Origin: Candidatus Thalassarchaeaceae archaeon
GTDB lineage: Archaea; Thermoplasmatota; Poseidoniia; Poseidoniales; Thalassarchaeaceae
Assembly (NCBI GenBank): GCA_045568075.1
Contig: JBJLBP010000001.1
Location: 360,001-392,000 of the forward strand
Length of the DNA: 32,000 nt
Reading direction: 5' to 3'
The notes under the pieces are model-generated. The model saw nothing but the letters and a program-made list of their open reading frames with translations, had not been told where the DNA came from and ran no database searches. Positions 24,438-32,000 of this stretch are shown here, in pieces (the stretch's first letter is position 1; every line of letters begins with the position of its first letter). A program made the translations under genes and the position numbers.

Positions 24438-24743
24438 TCACTTTTTCTCTTGTTTCCTCTCATCTTCAACAGCATCAGCAATCTTACCAGCTGTACGAAG
24501 AGCCTTCTTTTTCAAACCATCGAAGTTAAGAAATATCATTCCACCAACTGTCAAGAAAACGCCTCCAATTATTGTAAAAATACCTCCAATATAGAGCCAA
24601 ACTCTAGGCACGTCATCATCAAAGGTTGCAAATCCATTTTGTACCATCATAATCCCAGTAATGAGTACAATTATTCCAGATATTATCAATGAGAATGAGG
24701 TGATTTTTCTCTTCGTTGTTTTTGTCATAATATCCCTCTCCAT
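24438..24743 (-). CDS. Hypothetical small membrane protein (2 TM) in an AT-rich pocket
   Basis: FSLIISGIIVLITGIMMV and VWLYIGGIFTIIGGVFLTVGGMIFL, with basic termini. An alternative start is ATG 24728 (MTKTTKRK), preceded by GGAGAGG. No family recognised. Confidence 0.5.
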   Translation of the reverse strand: MERDIMTKTTKRKITSFSLIISGIIVLITGIMMVQNGFATFDDDVPRVWLYIGGIFTIIGGVFLTVGGMIFLNFDGLKKKALRTAGKIADAVEDERKQEKK

Positions 24744-24795
24744 TCATTCCAATAGTGCATGCATTCCACGCGTCGGTACCCTTGCGATTGGCTAA

Positions 24796-25404
24796 TCAGT
24801 CGATACGGGAGATTTCGCCGTTGGTGAATTCGTAGTGCATCGGTACTCCTGTTGGAATTTCGAGGCTGGTGATATCTTCAGGCGAAATTTCCTCGATACG
24901 CATCACGATTGATCTTAGTGAATTTCCATGGGCTGCTACGAGGACGTTCTTGCCTGCCTCAAGGTCGGGAATGATTTCTTCGAGGAAATATGGTATTGTT
25001 CGCTCGGCGGTCATTTCGAGTGATTCACCACCGGGTGGTGGTATGTCGAATGAGCGCCTCCAAATGTGGACTTGTTCAGCACCATGGATTTCTGCGGTTT
25101 CGGCCTTACTGAGGCCTTGCAAATCTCCGTAATGACGCTCGTTGAGTCGCTCATCGCGGTGCGTCGGTACTGAGTTTGAATCGCCCGACGCACGATTGTG
25201 TTTCATCACGATCTCAGCGGTTCGCTGAGCTCGCATCAGTGCACTGGTGTGTACCACATCAAAGCGCACTTCGGCCAATTCCTCGCCAGCAGCGGCTGCT
25301 TCATCCTCACCTTTAGGAGAGAGTTCAACATCAGTCCAGCCGGTGAATCGATTAGCCGCATTCCATACGGATTGGCCGTGCCTGATTAGGATGAGTTTCG
25401 TCAT
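24796..25404 (-). CDS. gpmA: 2,3-bisphosphoglycerate-dependent phosphoglycerate mutase (histidine phosphatase family, short form)
   Basis: LILIRHGQSVWNAANRFTGWTDVELSPKGEDEA is close to the canonical GpmA N-terminus (RHG catalytic His). Also SALMRAQRT, ERHYGDLQGL and VAAHGNSLR. Confidence 0.85.
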   Translation of the reverse strand: MTKLILIRHGQSVWNAANRFTGWTDVELSPKGEDEAAAAGEELAEVRFDVVHTSALMRAQRTAEIVMKHNRASGDSNSVPTHRDERLNERHYGDLQGLSKAETAEIHGAEQVHIWRRSFDIPPPGGESLEMTAERTIPYFLEEIIPDLEAGKNVLVAAHGNSLRSIVMRIEEISPEDITSLEIPTGVPMHYEFTNGEISRID

Positions 25405-25416
25405 TGGACGCGCCTC

Positions 25417-26538
25417 TCAGTTCTGACGGCGCAGACGCGGTTCATGGAATGTTAGGCCGCAGTCGGCAGCGATTGTTGTGGCCAGAAGCAGAATGTCCTC
25501 AGTCATCTCGCGCTGCGATGCAGCCGATTGTACTGAGTAGAAATTGCATGAAACGGTCACAAGCGATGGACCGAACGCATTCACACGCACCCAAGAGTCA
25601 TCCTCTTTGACTGCGCGTGGGTCCTCTCTGACCTTGGTGAGTAAATTCTCGCAGAATTTCTTGAGAGATTCTGGGTCCGAGTCGGCTTCGAACTCAAAGG
25701 TGGGCTGAATTCTGCGGAACCGACGCTGGCTGAAATTCTCAACGGGCGAGTTGACGAGGTTCGAGTTAGGGACGGTAATCAGGGTGTCCGCGCTCGAGCG
25801 AATGAGTGTCGTCCTAAGTCCGATTTCTACGACTTCTCCTTCGATACCATCGACGAGAATCCAGTCACCGACATTGAATGGCTGATCGATGATAATCGAG
25901 ATTGCGCCGAATATGTTGGCTACACTGTCGCGCGCGGCCAGAGCCAAAGCAAGACCTGTGATTCCAAGACCAGCAATCAGGCCGTTGAGGTCTAGTCCGA
26001 TGAGTCCAGCCATAACGAAGGCGGCCAACAGGAACACGACAAGGTGGCCGACAGATTCAGCAACGCTCGCGAGCGAGCGTCGACTAGCCATATTCGCATC
26101 ACCTTCGACGACGATGAAAGCGTCTAGGAAATCGACTAGTCGGTATGCTGCTAGAAGCATACCGAGAATGAAGAGTGTGAATGACCAATCGATTACATTC
26201 TGCGCCATTGAATCATCCCAGATCGGTGTTGTATTACCATCGAGCCAGGACAAAATTTCAGAGAATATCAGGAAGCCAATCATCCAACCGAGTGACTTCG
26301 GCGCGAGCAAAGAACCGCCATCGATACGCTCAGACTTTGAGAGAAGGTCCAGAATTTTAGGGAAAATGAACCGGCGAGCGGCGATTCCACCACCAATCGA
26401 CAAACCAATAGCCGCGATTATAACCATCATAGTCCCGCTTGAAAGGCCAAGCAGTACCTCATTTCCGCTCATTAAATCATTCAACATTTCAATCGGGAAG
26501 CCCGACTCCGAAGCGCCTGTATCAGACTCATCCTGCAT
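25417..26538 (-). CDS. Mechanosensitive ion channel, MscS family
   Basis: Several TM helices, then the signature ANIFGAISIIIDQPFNVGDWILVDGIEGEVVEIGLRTTLIRSSADTLITVPNSNL. The stop lies 12 nt from the gpmA ATG. Confidence 0.9.
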   Translation of the reverse strand: MQDESDTGASESGFPIEMLNDLMSGNEVLLGLSSGTMMVIIAAIGLSIGGGIAARRFIFPKILDLLSKSERIDGGSLLAPKSLGWMIGFLIFSEILSWLDGNTTPIWDDSMAQNVIDWSFTLFILGMLLAAYRLVDFLDAFIVVEGDANMASRRSLASVAESVGHLVVFLLAAFVMAGLIGLDLNGLIAGLGITGLALALAARDSVANIFGAISIIIDQPFNVGDWILVDGIEGEVVEIGLRTTLIRSSADTLITVPNSNLVNSPVENFSQRRFRRIQPTFEFEADSDPESLKKFCENLLTKVREDPRAVKEDDSWVRVNAFGPSLVTVSCNFYSVQSAASQREMTEDILLLATTIAADCGLTFHEPRLRRQN

Positions 26539-26561
26539 GTTCCGGCCGACGACGACCCCGC

Positions 26562-26567
26562 GATAAA
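26562..26567 (-). promoter_or_regulatory. TATA-like TTTATC (minus strand) 24-29 nt upstream of the MscS ATG
   Basis: It is the only A/T-rich element in a GC-rich divergent intergenic region, and there is no SD-like motif. The spacing fits a leaderless mRNA. Confidence 0.3.
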
Positions 26568-26638
26568 CCCCGCGCCGGTCCTATGGACCGATGTGGCGAG
26601 AGATTGAAGACCGGCTCTTGAGTGGCTAAACTGTTCCC

Positions 26639-28834
26639 ATGGCGAGTAGCGTGTCCATTTCTGATTTCGACGAAGTCTATCGGGCACGCAGAATTCCTGC
26701 AATTGCCCTCCTTTTGCCGCTTTTACTATCCGTGGCTGCTCCAATTGCTATGGTGGCCCCTGTATCAGCTCAAGAGCCTGAAACGGGGCTTACACCCGAA
26801 GAAATCTGGTCATCAGAGTATGTGAATCAGATATTCCCCTGGGGTCCACACGGTGATTTCGAACAACTTCAGTTCCGTGAGTATCACGACTACTTCTCAA
26901 TGAAAGAGAGGATGCAGACTTTGGCTGCCTACTACCCAGAATTCCTCCAGTTCCACGAAGGTCTTCTCGGCGGAGTAAACGCTCGTGGTGATGAAATGAC
27001 ATCTACTGAATACGAAGGCTGGTACTACAACCACCCAAGTCCATGGATGAAGATTACCGGTAATGTTCAGGGTGGCGAGTACAATGAATACAATGATGAC
27101 GATGGGAATTACGCTGATCGCCCAGATGTCATGTTGGTCGGAAACCACCACGCTCGCGAGTGGATGTCCTACGAGGTACCGATGTTCTTCCTCGAAACTG
27201 TGGCGTTCTACTATGGTAAGGCGGCCATCGACAATGATGGCGACGGCTTGCTAGACGAAGACGGCTGGGATGGAATTGACAACGATGGCGATTGTCTAAG
27301 TTTGAATTTATCAGCCCAAGATTACAACGGAGACGGCATCAATTGTGGTCCGGGAGACCTTGGCGTCGACGAAGACTTCTCTGAACAATTCATCACCGAC
27401 ATGGTCAACACTCGCGAAATTTACCTAATACCAATGCTCAATGTCGATGGTAACCGCTACGACAGAGAAGAATACTGTGGCGAGACTGCTTGGGAGAATT
27501 GTAGAACTTCTGGTTGGAGAAAGAACCTACGTGACAATACGGTTACTGGTGTGACTCCAATTCCAGATGTTGATGAGCAAGTCGATCCATCCTGCGATGG
27601 AGTCGATTTGAACCGCAATTATCAGTTTGAGTGGGGAGCACCACTCGGAGCGACCGGACCTCTATTCCCTGGAATGTGTTATGCTGGAGAAGCCGGAGCA
27701 AACAACGACGTCTACAATGGTCCGGTCAATTACGAAGATAACGATGGAGATGGTCTAGTCAATGAGGATCACGTCGACGGCAAGGACGACGATGCTGATG
27801 GTCAGACTGACGAAGATTGGATGGGTGGCAATAGTGAGCCTGAGACCAAGTTCATCCAAGATCTGACTGAGATGAACGACGACGACGGAGACGGAGCTTC
27901 CGACTTCAAGTCCACACTTACATGGCATTCCTTCTCAGAACTTGTCTTGTGGCCATGGGGGCACTGCACGAATTGTGACAATCCTGACCAAGAATATCTC
28001 GAATACCATGGATACATGATGGGAGACATGACTGAATACGCACCAATGCAGTCATCCGATCTCTACCCAACGACAGGCGATTTCTGCGATTGGCACTACG
28101 GCGTACACAACTCCTACTGCTATACAATCGAAATCGGCAATGCCTTCCACGAATACCCCGAGGATATTGCTCACATCGCCGTCAGAAACCTCGGCGTTCC
28201 GTTCTATATGATTGAGATTGCAGACGATCCAAGATATCGAGCCATAGTAGGGATAGAGAATACCACCTCGACACAATGGCTTGAGGAACCAAGCAATGTC
28301 ACAGTTCCATCCAATGGCGACATACCAATCTCAATGTGTCTAGACAAGGCCTTCCCCTTCACTCCAGATATCAATCGTACACATCTAATGTGGAGATTCG
28401 TCGAGCCGAATAGACAACAGAATGACTACGGTCCAACTGAGTGGATCGATGTGCCATGGAGTATGTCGGCATTCATGGAGCCAGGAGAGCAGTGTATACT
28501 GCTCGATGGTTCCAATGGGACTAGGCTTGAGAGCTACATTCCACTACCTGACACATCTGTCGGTAAAATTCAGTACAAAGCAAAATTAGGTACTATAAAC
28601 GGGGCTTTCCCCTTCACATATCCTGATTCGGATACCGCGAATTATTACGAATTGTCGATTCCTTATCGTGCACCATTCGGCTCGGGAGTCTTTGCTCTAC
28701 TAATGTTCGCCTTCATCGCGACGATGGTCTGGGGTGGACTGGGTTTCACACTACGCGCTATGTTCGATGATGAAGGCGGAGTGCTCGGATTACCTGAGGA
28801 TCATAGCCACCTCGTCGACGAGGAGGACTCCTGA
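26639..28834 (+). CDS. Membrane-anchored extracellular M14-family zinc carboxypeptidase with acidic Ca-binding-like insertions
   Basis: Signal/anchor IPAIALLLPLLLSVAAPIAMVAPVSAQ. M14 landmarks: HHAREW (HxxE), MLNVDGNRY, DLNRNY, WHSFSELVLWPWG (third Zn ligand His), YTIEIG (catalytic Glu). C-terminal TM GVFALLMFAFIATMVWGGLGFTL, then an acidic tail. Confidence 0.9.
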   Translation: MASSVSISDFDEVYRARRIPAIALLLPLLLSVAAPIAMVAPVSAQEPETGLTPEEIWSSEYVNQIFPWGPHGDFEQLQFREYHDYFSMKERMQTLAAYYPEFLQFHEGLLGGVNARGDEMTSTEYEGWYYNHPSPWMKITGNVQGGEYNEYNDDDGNYADRPDVMLVGNHHAREWMSYEVPMFFLETVAFYYGKAAIDNDGDGLLDEDGWDGIDNDGDCLSLNLSAQDYNGDGINCGPGDLGVDEDFSEQFITDMVNTREIYLIPMLNVDGNRYDREEYCGETAWENCRTSGWRKNLRDNTVTGVTPIPDVDEQVDPSCDGVDLNRNYQFEWGAPLGATGPLFPGMCYAGEAGANNDVYNGPVNYEDNDGDGLVNEDHVDGKDDDADGQTDEDWMGGNSEPETKFIQDLTEMNDDDGDGASDFKSTLTWHSFSELVLWPWGHCTNCDNPDQEYLEYHGYMMGDMTEYAPMQSSDLYPTTGDFCDWHYGVHNSYCYTIEIGNAFHEYPEDIAHIAVRNLGVPFYMIEIADDPRYRAIVGIENTTSTQWLEEPSNVTVPSNGDIPISMCLDKAFPFTPDINRTHLMWRFVEPNRQQNDYGPTEWIDVPWSMSAFMEPGEQCILLDGSNGTRLESYIPLPDTSVGKIQYKAKLGTINGAFPFTYPDSDTANYYELSIPYRAPFGSGVFALLMFAFIATMVWGGLGFTLRAMFDDEGGVLGLPEDHSHLVDEEDS
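28821..28826 (+). promoter_or_regulatory. Shine-Dalgarno-like AGGAGG for the NSS transporter, inside the 3' end of the carboxypeptidase gene
   Basis: gacgAGGAGGactccTGATGtcc: the SD is 7 nt upstream of ATG 28834, which shares one nucleotide with the carboxypeptidase stop TGA (28832-28834). Confidence 0.55.
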
Positions 28835-30639
28835 TGTCCGAGGGTGGATCCGACGAATTTAGTGGACGCCTTGGGCTGATTTTCGCTACCATCGGTGCCG
28901 CTATCGGCACCGGTAACATCTGGCGCTTTCCAAGGATGGTCGGTGCCAACGGTGGCGGTTCCTTCCTAGTTCCGTGGGTCATCTTCCTCTTTCTTTGGTC
29001 GGTGCCGCTGATTATCGCCGAGTTCGCACTCGGAAAGCGAAGTCGCACTGGAACTGTTGGAACATTCCGTATCTTCGCAGGCAATCGCTTCGCTTGGATG
29101 GGGCTTTGGACAGCCTGGATTTCGACCGCTATTGGATTCTATTACGCGGTCGTGACAGGCTGGTGTATCAATTACTTCCAGACCGCTATCCGTGGTGGTC
29201 TCGGCTCAGAGGTCGATACCGTCGAAGTCTGGAATTCCTTCCTCAACAATCCCCTCGAAGTCGTCTTCTTCCAAGCGATCGCTGTTGCCATCACAATGCT
29301 CGCCATCTGGAAGGGTGCGAAGGCCATCGAGAAGGTCAACGTCGGCCTGATGATTTCGCTCTTCGTTCTCCTCTTCGCTGCCCTCTTCCTCGCCTTCGTG
29401 ATGGACTTAGATGACGGTAGCCTCGACGGCTTCGTCTACATGTTCAGCATCCAACCAGAATATCTCATGCAGCCGGAGACTTGGATTAACGGCCTCTCGC
29501 AATCAGCATGGTCCTGTTCGGCCGGAATGGGTATGGCGATTACTTACTCTGTCTATATGCGTAAGGACGAGGATACTACTCTGAACGCGGCGACGATGTG
29601 CCTTGCCAACAATAGCATCTCCATCATCGCTGGCCTCACCGTTATGATGGCAGTTTTCGCTGTGGTCGACGACCCCCTTGCAGCGGTAAGCGGAGGCTCC
29701 AGTGCAATCACCTTCCTCGTGCTCCCTGAAGTGTTCGCACAGGCACCAGGCGGTCCAATCGTTCAGTTGACGATGGTGACGATGTTCTTCCTCGCACTTT
29801 CCTTCGCTGCCCTCACATCGATGATTTCCACCGTCGAACTATGTGTTCGCAACTTCGTCGATCACGGAATCGACCGCCCAAAGGCGGTCGGCTTCACTTC
29901 CATCGCAATTTTCCTCTTCGGTCTACCAAGTGCAGGGTTGTGGATATTGGTTGACGATTCGACCGGTGTGGTATTCCCTCAATTCCTCGAGGTGCAGGAT
30001 CACATCTGGGGCTATGGCCTAATGTTCAGCGGACTGTTCATCGCTTACTCGATTTGGAAGTACGGATGGAACCGCTACCGAGTTTGGCAAGAAGAGAATG
30101 ATATCGAAGGCTTTGATTTCCGCGATTACCTCGATCATGGAGTGTCCTCATTCCGCGACGATTTCATCAATACCGGAGACAATGATTGGTGGATTGGAAA
30201 GTGGTGGGATTACATCATGTATCTCGGATTCCCACTAATGTTCAGCGTCCTCATCCTCTCCTACTTTGGCGACATGCTCATCAATGTCGAAAACCCCTGG
30301 GATCCGACTAACGCTAACGGAATCTCGATCATTCTGCTTTTCTGGGGTGTAACGGCAGGACTGTTCATCGGTCTCAACCGCTACATCCTCGTCAATCGCA
30401 TGGTTCCGACGACCGATGATTTCTGGCTTCTAGCAATTCTATCTGGAAATTACAGACTTGAGCCGCGCCCGCTCTACAGAAATGTCCCTGAGGGCGCGGA
30501 AGTATCAATCGAAACTCTTCCCGGTGGCGAGGACCCATACATCGTCCAAGCTGGAGATAAATTGCCAGCCACTTTCGTGGATGATTATGGGGAGACGAGG
30601 TCGCACACTGGTGCGACCCTCGATGCAGAAATCGTCTGA
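28834..30639 (+). CDS. Sodium-dependent transporter, neurotransmitter:sodium symporter (NSS/SNF) family
   Basis: Hallmark TM1 region GLIFATIGAAIGTGNIWRFPRMVGANGGGSFLVPWVIFLFLWSVPLIIAEFALGK. Multi-TM body, plus a C-terminal extension of roughly 90 aa relative to about 510-520-aa bacterial NSS proteins. Confidence 0.9.
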   Translation: MSEGGSDEFSGRLGLIFATIGAAIGTGNIWRFPRMVGANGGGSFLVPWVIFLFLWSVPLIIAEFALGKRSRTGTVGTFRIFAGNRFAWMGLWTAWISTAIGFYYAVVTGWCINYFQTAIRGGLGSEVDTVEVWNSFLNNPLEVVFFQAIAVAITMLAIWKGAKAIEKVNVGLMISLFVLLFAALFLAFVMDLDDGSLDGFVYMFSIQPEYLMQPETWINGLSQSAWSCSAGMGMAITYSVYMRKDEDTTLNAATMCLANNSISIIAGLTVMMAVFAVVDDPLAAVSGGSSAITFLVLPEVFAQAPGGPIVQLTMVTMFFLALSFAALTSMISTVELCVRNFVDHGIDRPKAVGFTSIAIFLFGLPSAGLWILVDDSTGVVFPQFLEVQDHIWGYGLMFSGLFIAYSIWKYGWNRYRVWQEENDIEGFDFRDYLDHGVSSFRDDFINTGDNDWWIGKWWDYIMYLGFPLMFSVLILSYFGDMLINVENPWDPTNANGISIILLFWGVTAGLFIGLNRYILVNRMVPTTDDFWLLAILSGNYRLEPRPLYRNVPEGAEVSIETLPGGEDPYIVQAGDKLPATFVDDYGETRSHTGATLDAEIV

Positions 30640-30648
30640 GGGAATCAA

Positions 30649-31122
30649 TTGCTGGTCAGCGATGATTATCCTTGGTCAAAGTTGCTTCTTGAGTACGCGA
30701 TGTATTGTGCTGTTGGCTGCATCAATGTGGCAATCTTCGCGGCCCTCTACTACTGGCTTCACGGGATGACTCTCTCAGAAAGTTTCCCAGCGGCTACCGC
30801 TTGGGCTATCGCCTACTTCGTAAGCTCCTGGCAGGCGCACTTCCTACATCGTTGGCTAACCTTTGAATCACCAACTGGTTACACCAAAAGCCTCTCTATA
30901 ATGCTGGTAATCTATACCGTTCTGTGGGCCATCTCAACTGCCTCTATAGCCTACTTCAGCGATACCCTCGGCTACAATCACATCTACACATGGGCAGCCA
31001 ACACAGCCGCTTTCGGCTTCTTCGCTTTCCTCGCACTGCGTATCTTCGCTTTCCCGCTGTCCGATGGACGTGTTACTCGCTCAGAACGGCTCGAAGCCTA
31101 TCGCGATAGCCGTAGGTCTTGA
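30649..31122 (+). CDS. GtrA-like small polytopic membrane protein (putative)
   Basis: 157 aa with four hydrophobic helices. The N-terminal LLEYAMYCAVGCINVAIFAALYYWL resembles the GtrA-family opening motif. TTG start, with GAGGGA ending 6 nt upstream of it and overlapping the NSS stop codon. ATG 30697 would cut into the first helix motif. Confidence 0.5.
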   Translation: MLVSDDYPWSKLLLEYAMYCAVGCINVAIFAALYYWLHGMTLSESFPAATAWAIAYFVSSWQAHFLHRWLTFESPTGYTKSLSIMLVIYTVLWAISTASIAYFSDTLGYNHIYTWAANTAAFGFFAFLALRIFAFPLSDGRVTRSERLEAYRDSRRS

Positions 31123-31148
31123 AGAACAATCGGCTGCCCCTCGACGCT

Positions 31149-32000
31149 ATGGCTCAGGGAGTTCGTGGCACGCGCGACTTCTATCCAGATGATATGCGCG
31201 TGCGCAACTGGCTCTTCGAGAGATTTCACTCGGCTGCACGTGCGCACGGGTTTGAGGAGTACGATGCTCCTGTGCTCGAGAGTGAGGATTTGTACACGCG
31301 CAAGGCAGGAGAGGAGATTGTCGGCCAGTTGTACAATTTTGAGGATAAAGGCGGGCGACGAGTAGCACTCCGGCCCGAGATGACGCCCTCGCTGGCAAGA
31401 ATGGTAATGGCGAGGGCGGGCGCTTTGGCGCTCCCTATCAAGTGGTATTCGATCCCCCAGTGCTGGCGTTACGAGAGGACTCAGAGAGGACGTGGACGTG
31501 AGCACTACCAGTGGAATGTAGATGTCTGGGGGATGGATGGTGTCGAGGCCGATGCAGAACTTCTCTCCGTACTGGCACATTTCTTCGGCTCGGTCGGGCT
31601 CAGCTCAGAGGATTTGGTTATTCGAATCAGCAGTCGCAAGGTGCTTGAAGAGGTTCTAGGCTCACTCGGAATCGAGGGTGATACCTTCGCTAAGACTTGT
31701 GTTATTGTCGATAAAATGGATAAGCTTCCTGCTGATGCTATCGAGGCGCAGTTGGCTGAATTAGGACTTTCTTCCGATGCAACTTCAAAGATTCGTTCCG
31801 TCCTCGGTCTAACCGATTTGGAGGCTCTCGCTTCAGCTCTTGGTGGTGAGAGTGCGGCAGTAGTCGAATTAGGCGCGCTGTTCGCTCTGTGTGATTCCTA
31901 CGGCATTTCTGATTGGGTTGCCTTCGATGCCTCGGTGGTTCGTGGGCTTGCTTACTACACCGGCCCTGTATTCGAGGCTCACGACCGGGCCGGCAAGCTT
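31149..32000 (+). CDS. hisS: Histidine--tRNA ligase (HisRS), 3' end beyond the window
   Basis: My translation from ATG 31149: MAQGVRGTRDFYPDDMRVRNWLF...YDAPVLESEDLYTRKAGEEIVGQLYNFEDKGGRRVALRPEMTPSLARM...WYSIPQCWRYERTQRGRGREHYQWNVDVWG...RGLAYYTGPVFEA. These are class II motifs typical of HisRS. The frame stays open to position 32000. It is absent from the ORF track because it has no stop in the window. Confidence 0.9.
   Translation, partial: MAQGVRGTRDFYPDDMRVRNWLFERFHSAARAHGFEEYDAPVLESEDLYTRKAGEEIVGQLYNFEDKGGRRVALRPEMTPSLARMVMARAGALALPIKWYSIPQCWRYERTQRGRGREHYQWNVDVWGMDGVEADAELLSVLAHFFGSVGLSSEDLVIRISSRKVLEEVLGSLGIEGDTFAKTCVIVDKMDKLPADAIEAQLAELGLSSDATSKIRSVLGLTDLEALASALGGESAAVVELGALFALCDSYGISDWVAFDASVVRGLAYYTGPVFEAHDRAGKL

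Noticed and set aside
25889-26566. 225-aa plus-strand ORF, the longest unexplained ORF in the track
   Set aside because: It lies entirely antisense to a textbook MscS gene. Its translation is low-complexity (R/S/P/A-rich) with no recognisable motif. It is a typical shadow ORF of a moderately GC-rich coding region.
28660-28834. Possible PGF-CTERM tail on the M14 carboxypeptidase
   Set aside because: The sequence before the TM helix is PFGSG, not PGF. The helix is followed by an acidic tail of about 30 aa rather than a few basic residues. This looks like an ordinary C-terminal TM anchor.
31098-31580. 160-aa minus-strand ORF, plus nested ORFs at 31147-31441
   Set aside because: They are antisense to the unmistakable HisRS reading frame that starts at 31149 and runs off the window. 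The HisRS frame is missing from the track only because it has no stop codon in the window.
1-32000. Scan for CRISPR arrays, tandem repeats, transposase/integrase genes, toxin-antitoxin pairs or recognisable defence-system proteins
   Set aside because: None seen. There are no regularly spaced direct repeats, no IS-like terminal inverted repeats, no recombinase motifs and no tRNA-adjacent island boundary. The only repetitive sequence is the Asp-rich coding repeat inside the M14 gene.

Overview
Gene-dense chromosomal segment with about 35 protein-coding genes and intergenic gaps mostly under 180 bp. It is clearly archaeal. It carries the conserved archaeal block Pus10 - ribosomal protein L21e - RNA polymerase subunit Rpo4/F - DUF655 - KsgA/Dim1 (about 9.8-13.6 kb), an archaeal-type phosphoglycerate kinase, and a cupredoxin with a PGF-CTERM-type tail. 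Around this core sit many bacterial-looking genes: a DnaJ-like chaperone, an RND/HAE3-type exporter, MscS, a cofactor-dependent PGM, an M14 carboxypeptidase and an NSS transporter. That mosaic, plus roughly 50% GC, suggests a marine planktonic euryarchaeon (Poseidoniales/MGII-like). This is a guess from gene content and cannot be verified here. I recognised no rRNA, tRNA, CRISPR array, transposase/integrase or known defence genes. The window reads as ordinary core/shell chromosome, not an accessory island, and I do not see an obvious novel multi-gene system. The best follow-up candidates are: (1) an unassignable HhH/coiled-coil/zinc-ribbon basic protein directly after the L21e-RpoF-DUF655-KsgA block; (2) a co-directional HAD - UppS - Nudix - RidA - phosphohexomutase string with overlapping UppS/Nudix genes, facing a degenerate kinase-like membrane protein; (3) a membrane-anchored M14 carboxypeptidase with acidic Ca-binding-like insertions, translationally coupled to an NSS transporter; (4) a Pus10 with an acidic leader carrying periodic Trp residues. 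All functional calls come from motif recognition on the supplied translations and my own reading of the DNA. No database search was run. Several start codons were moved from the longest-ORF position using Shine-Dalgarno-like or TATA-like context; alternatives are given in the evidence fields.
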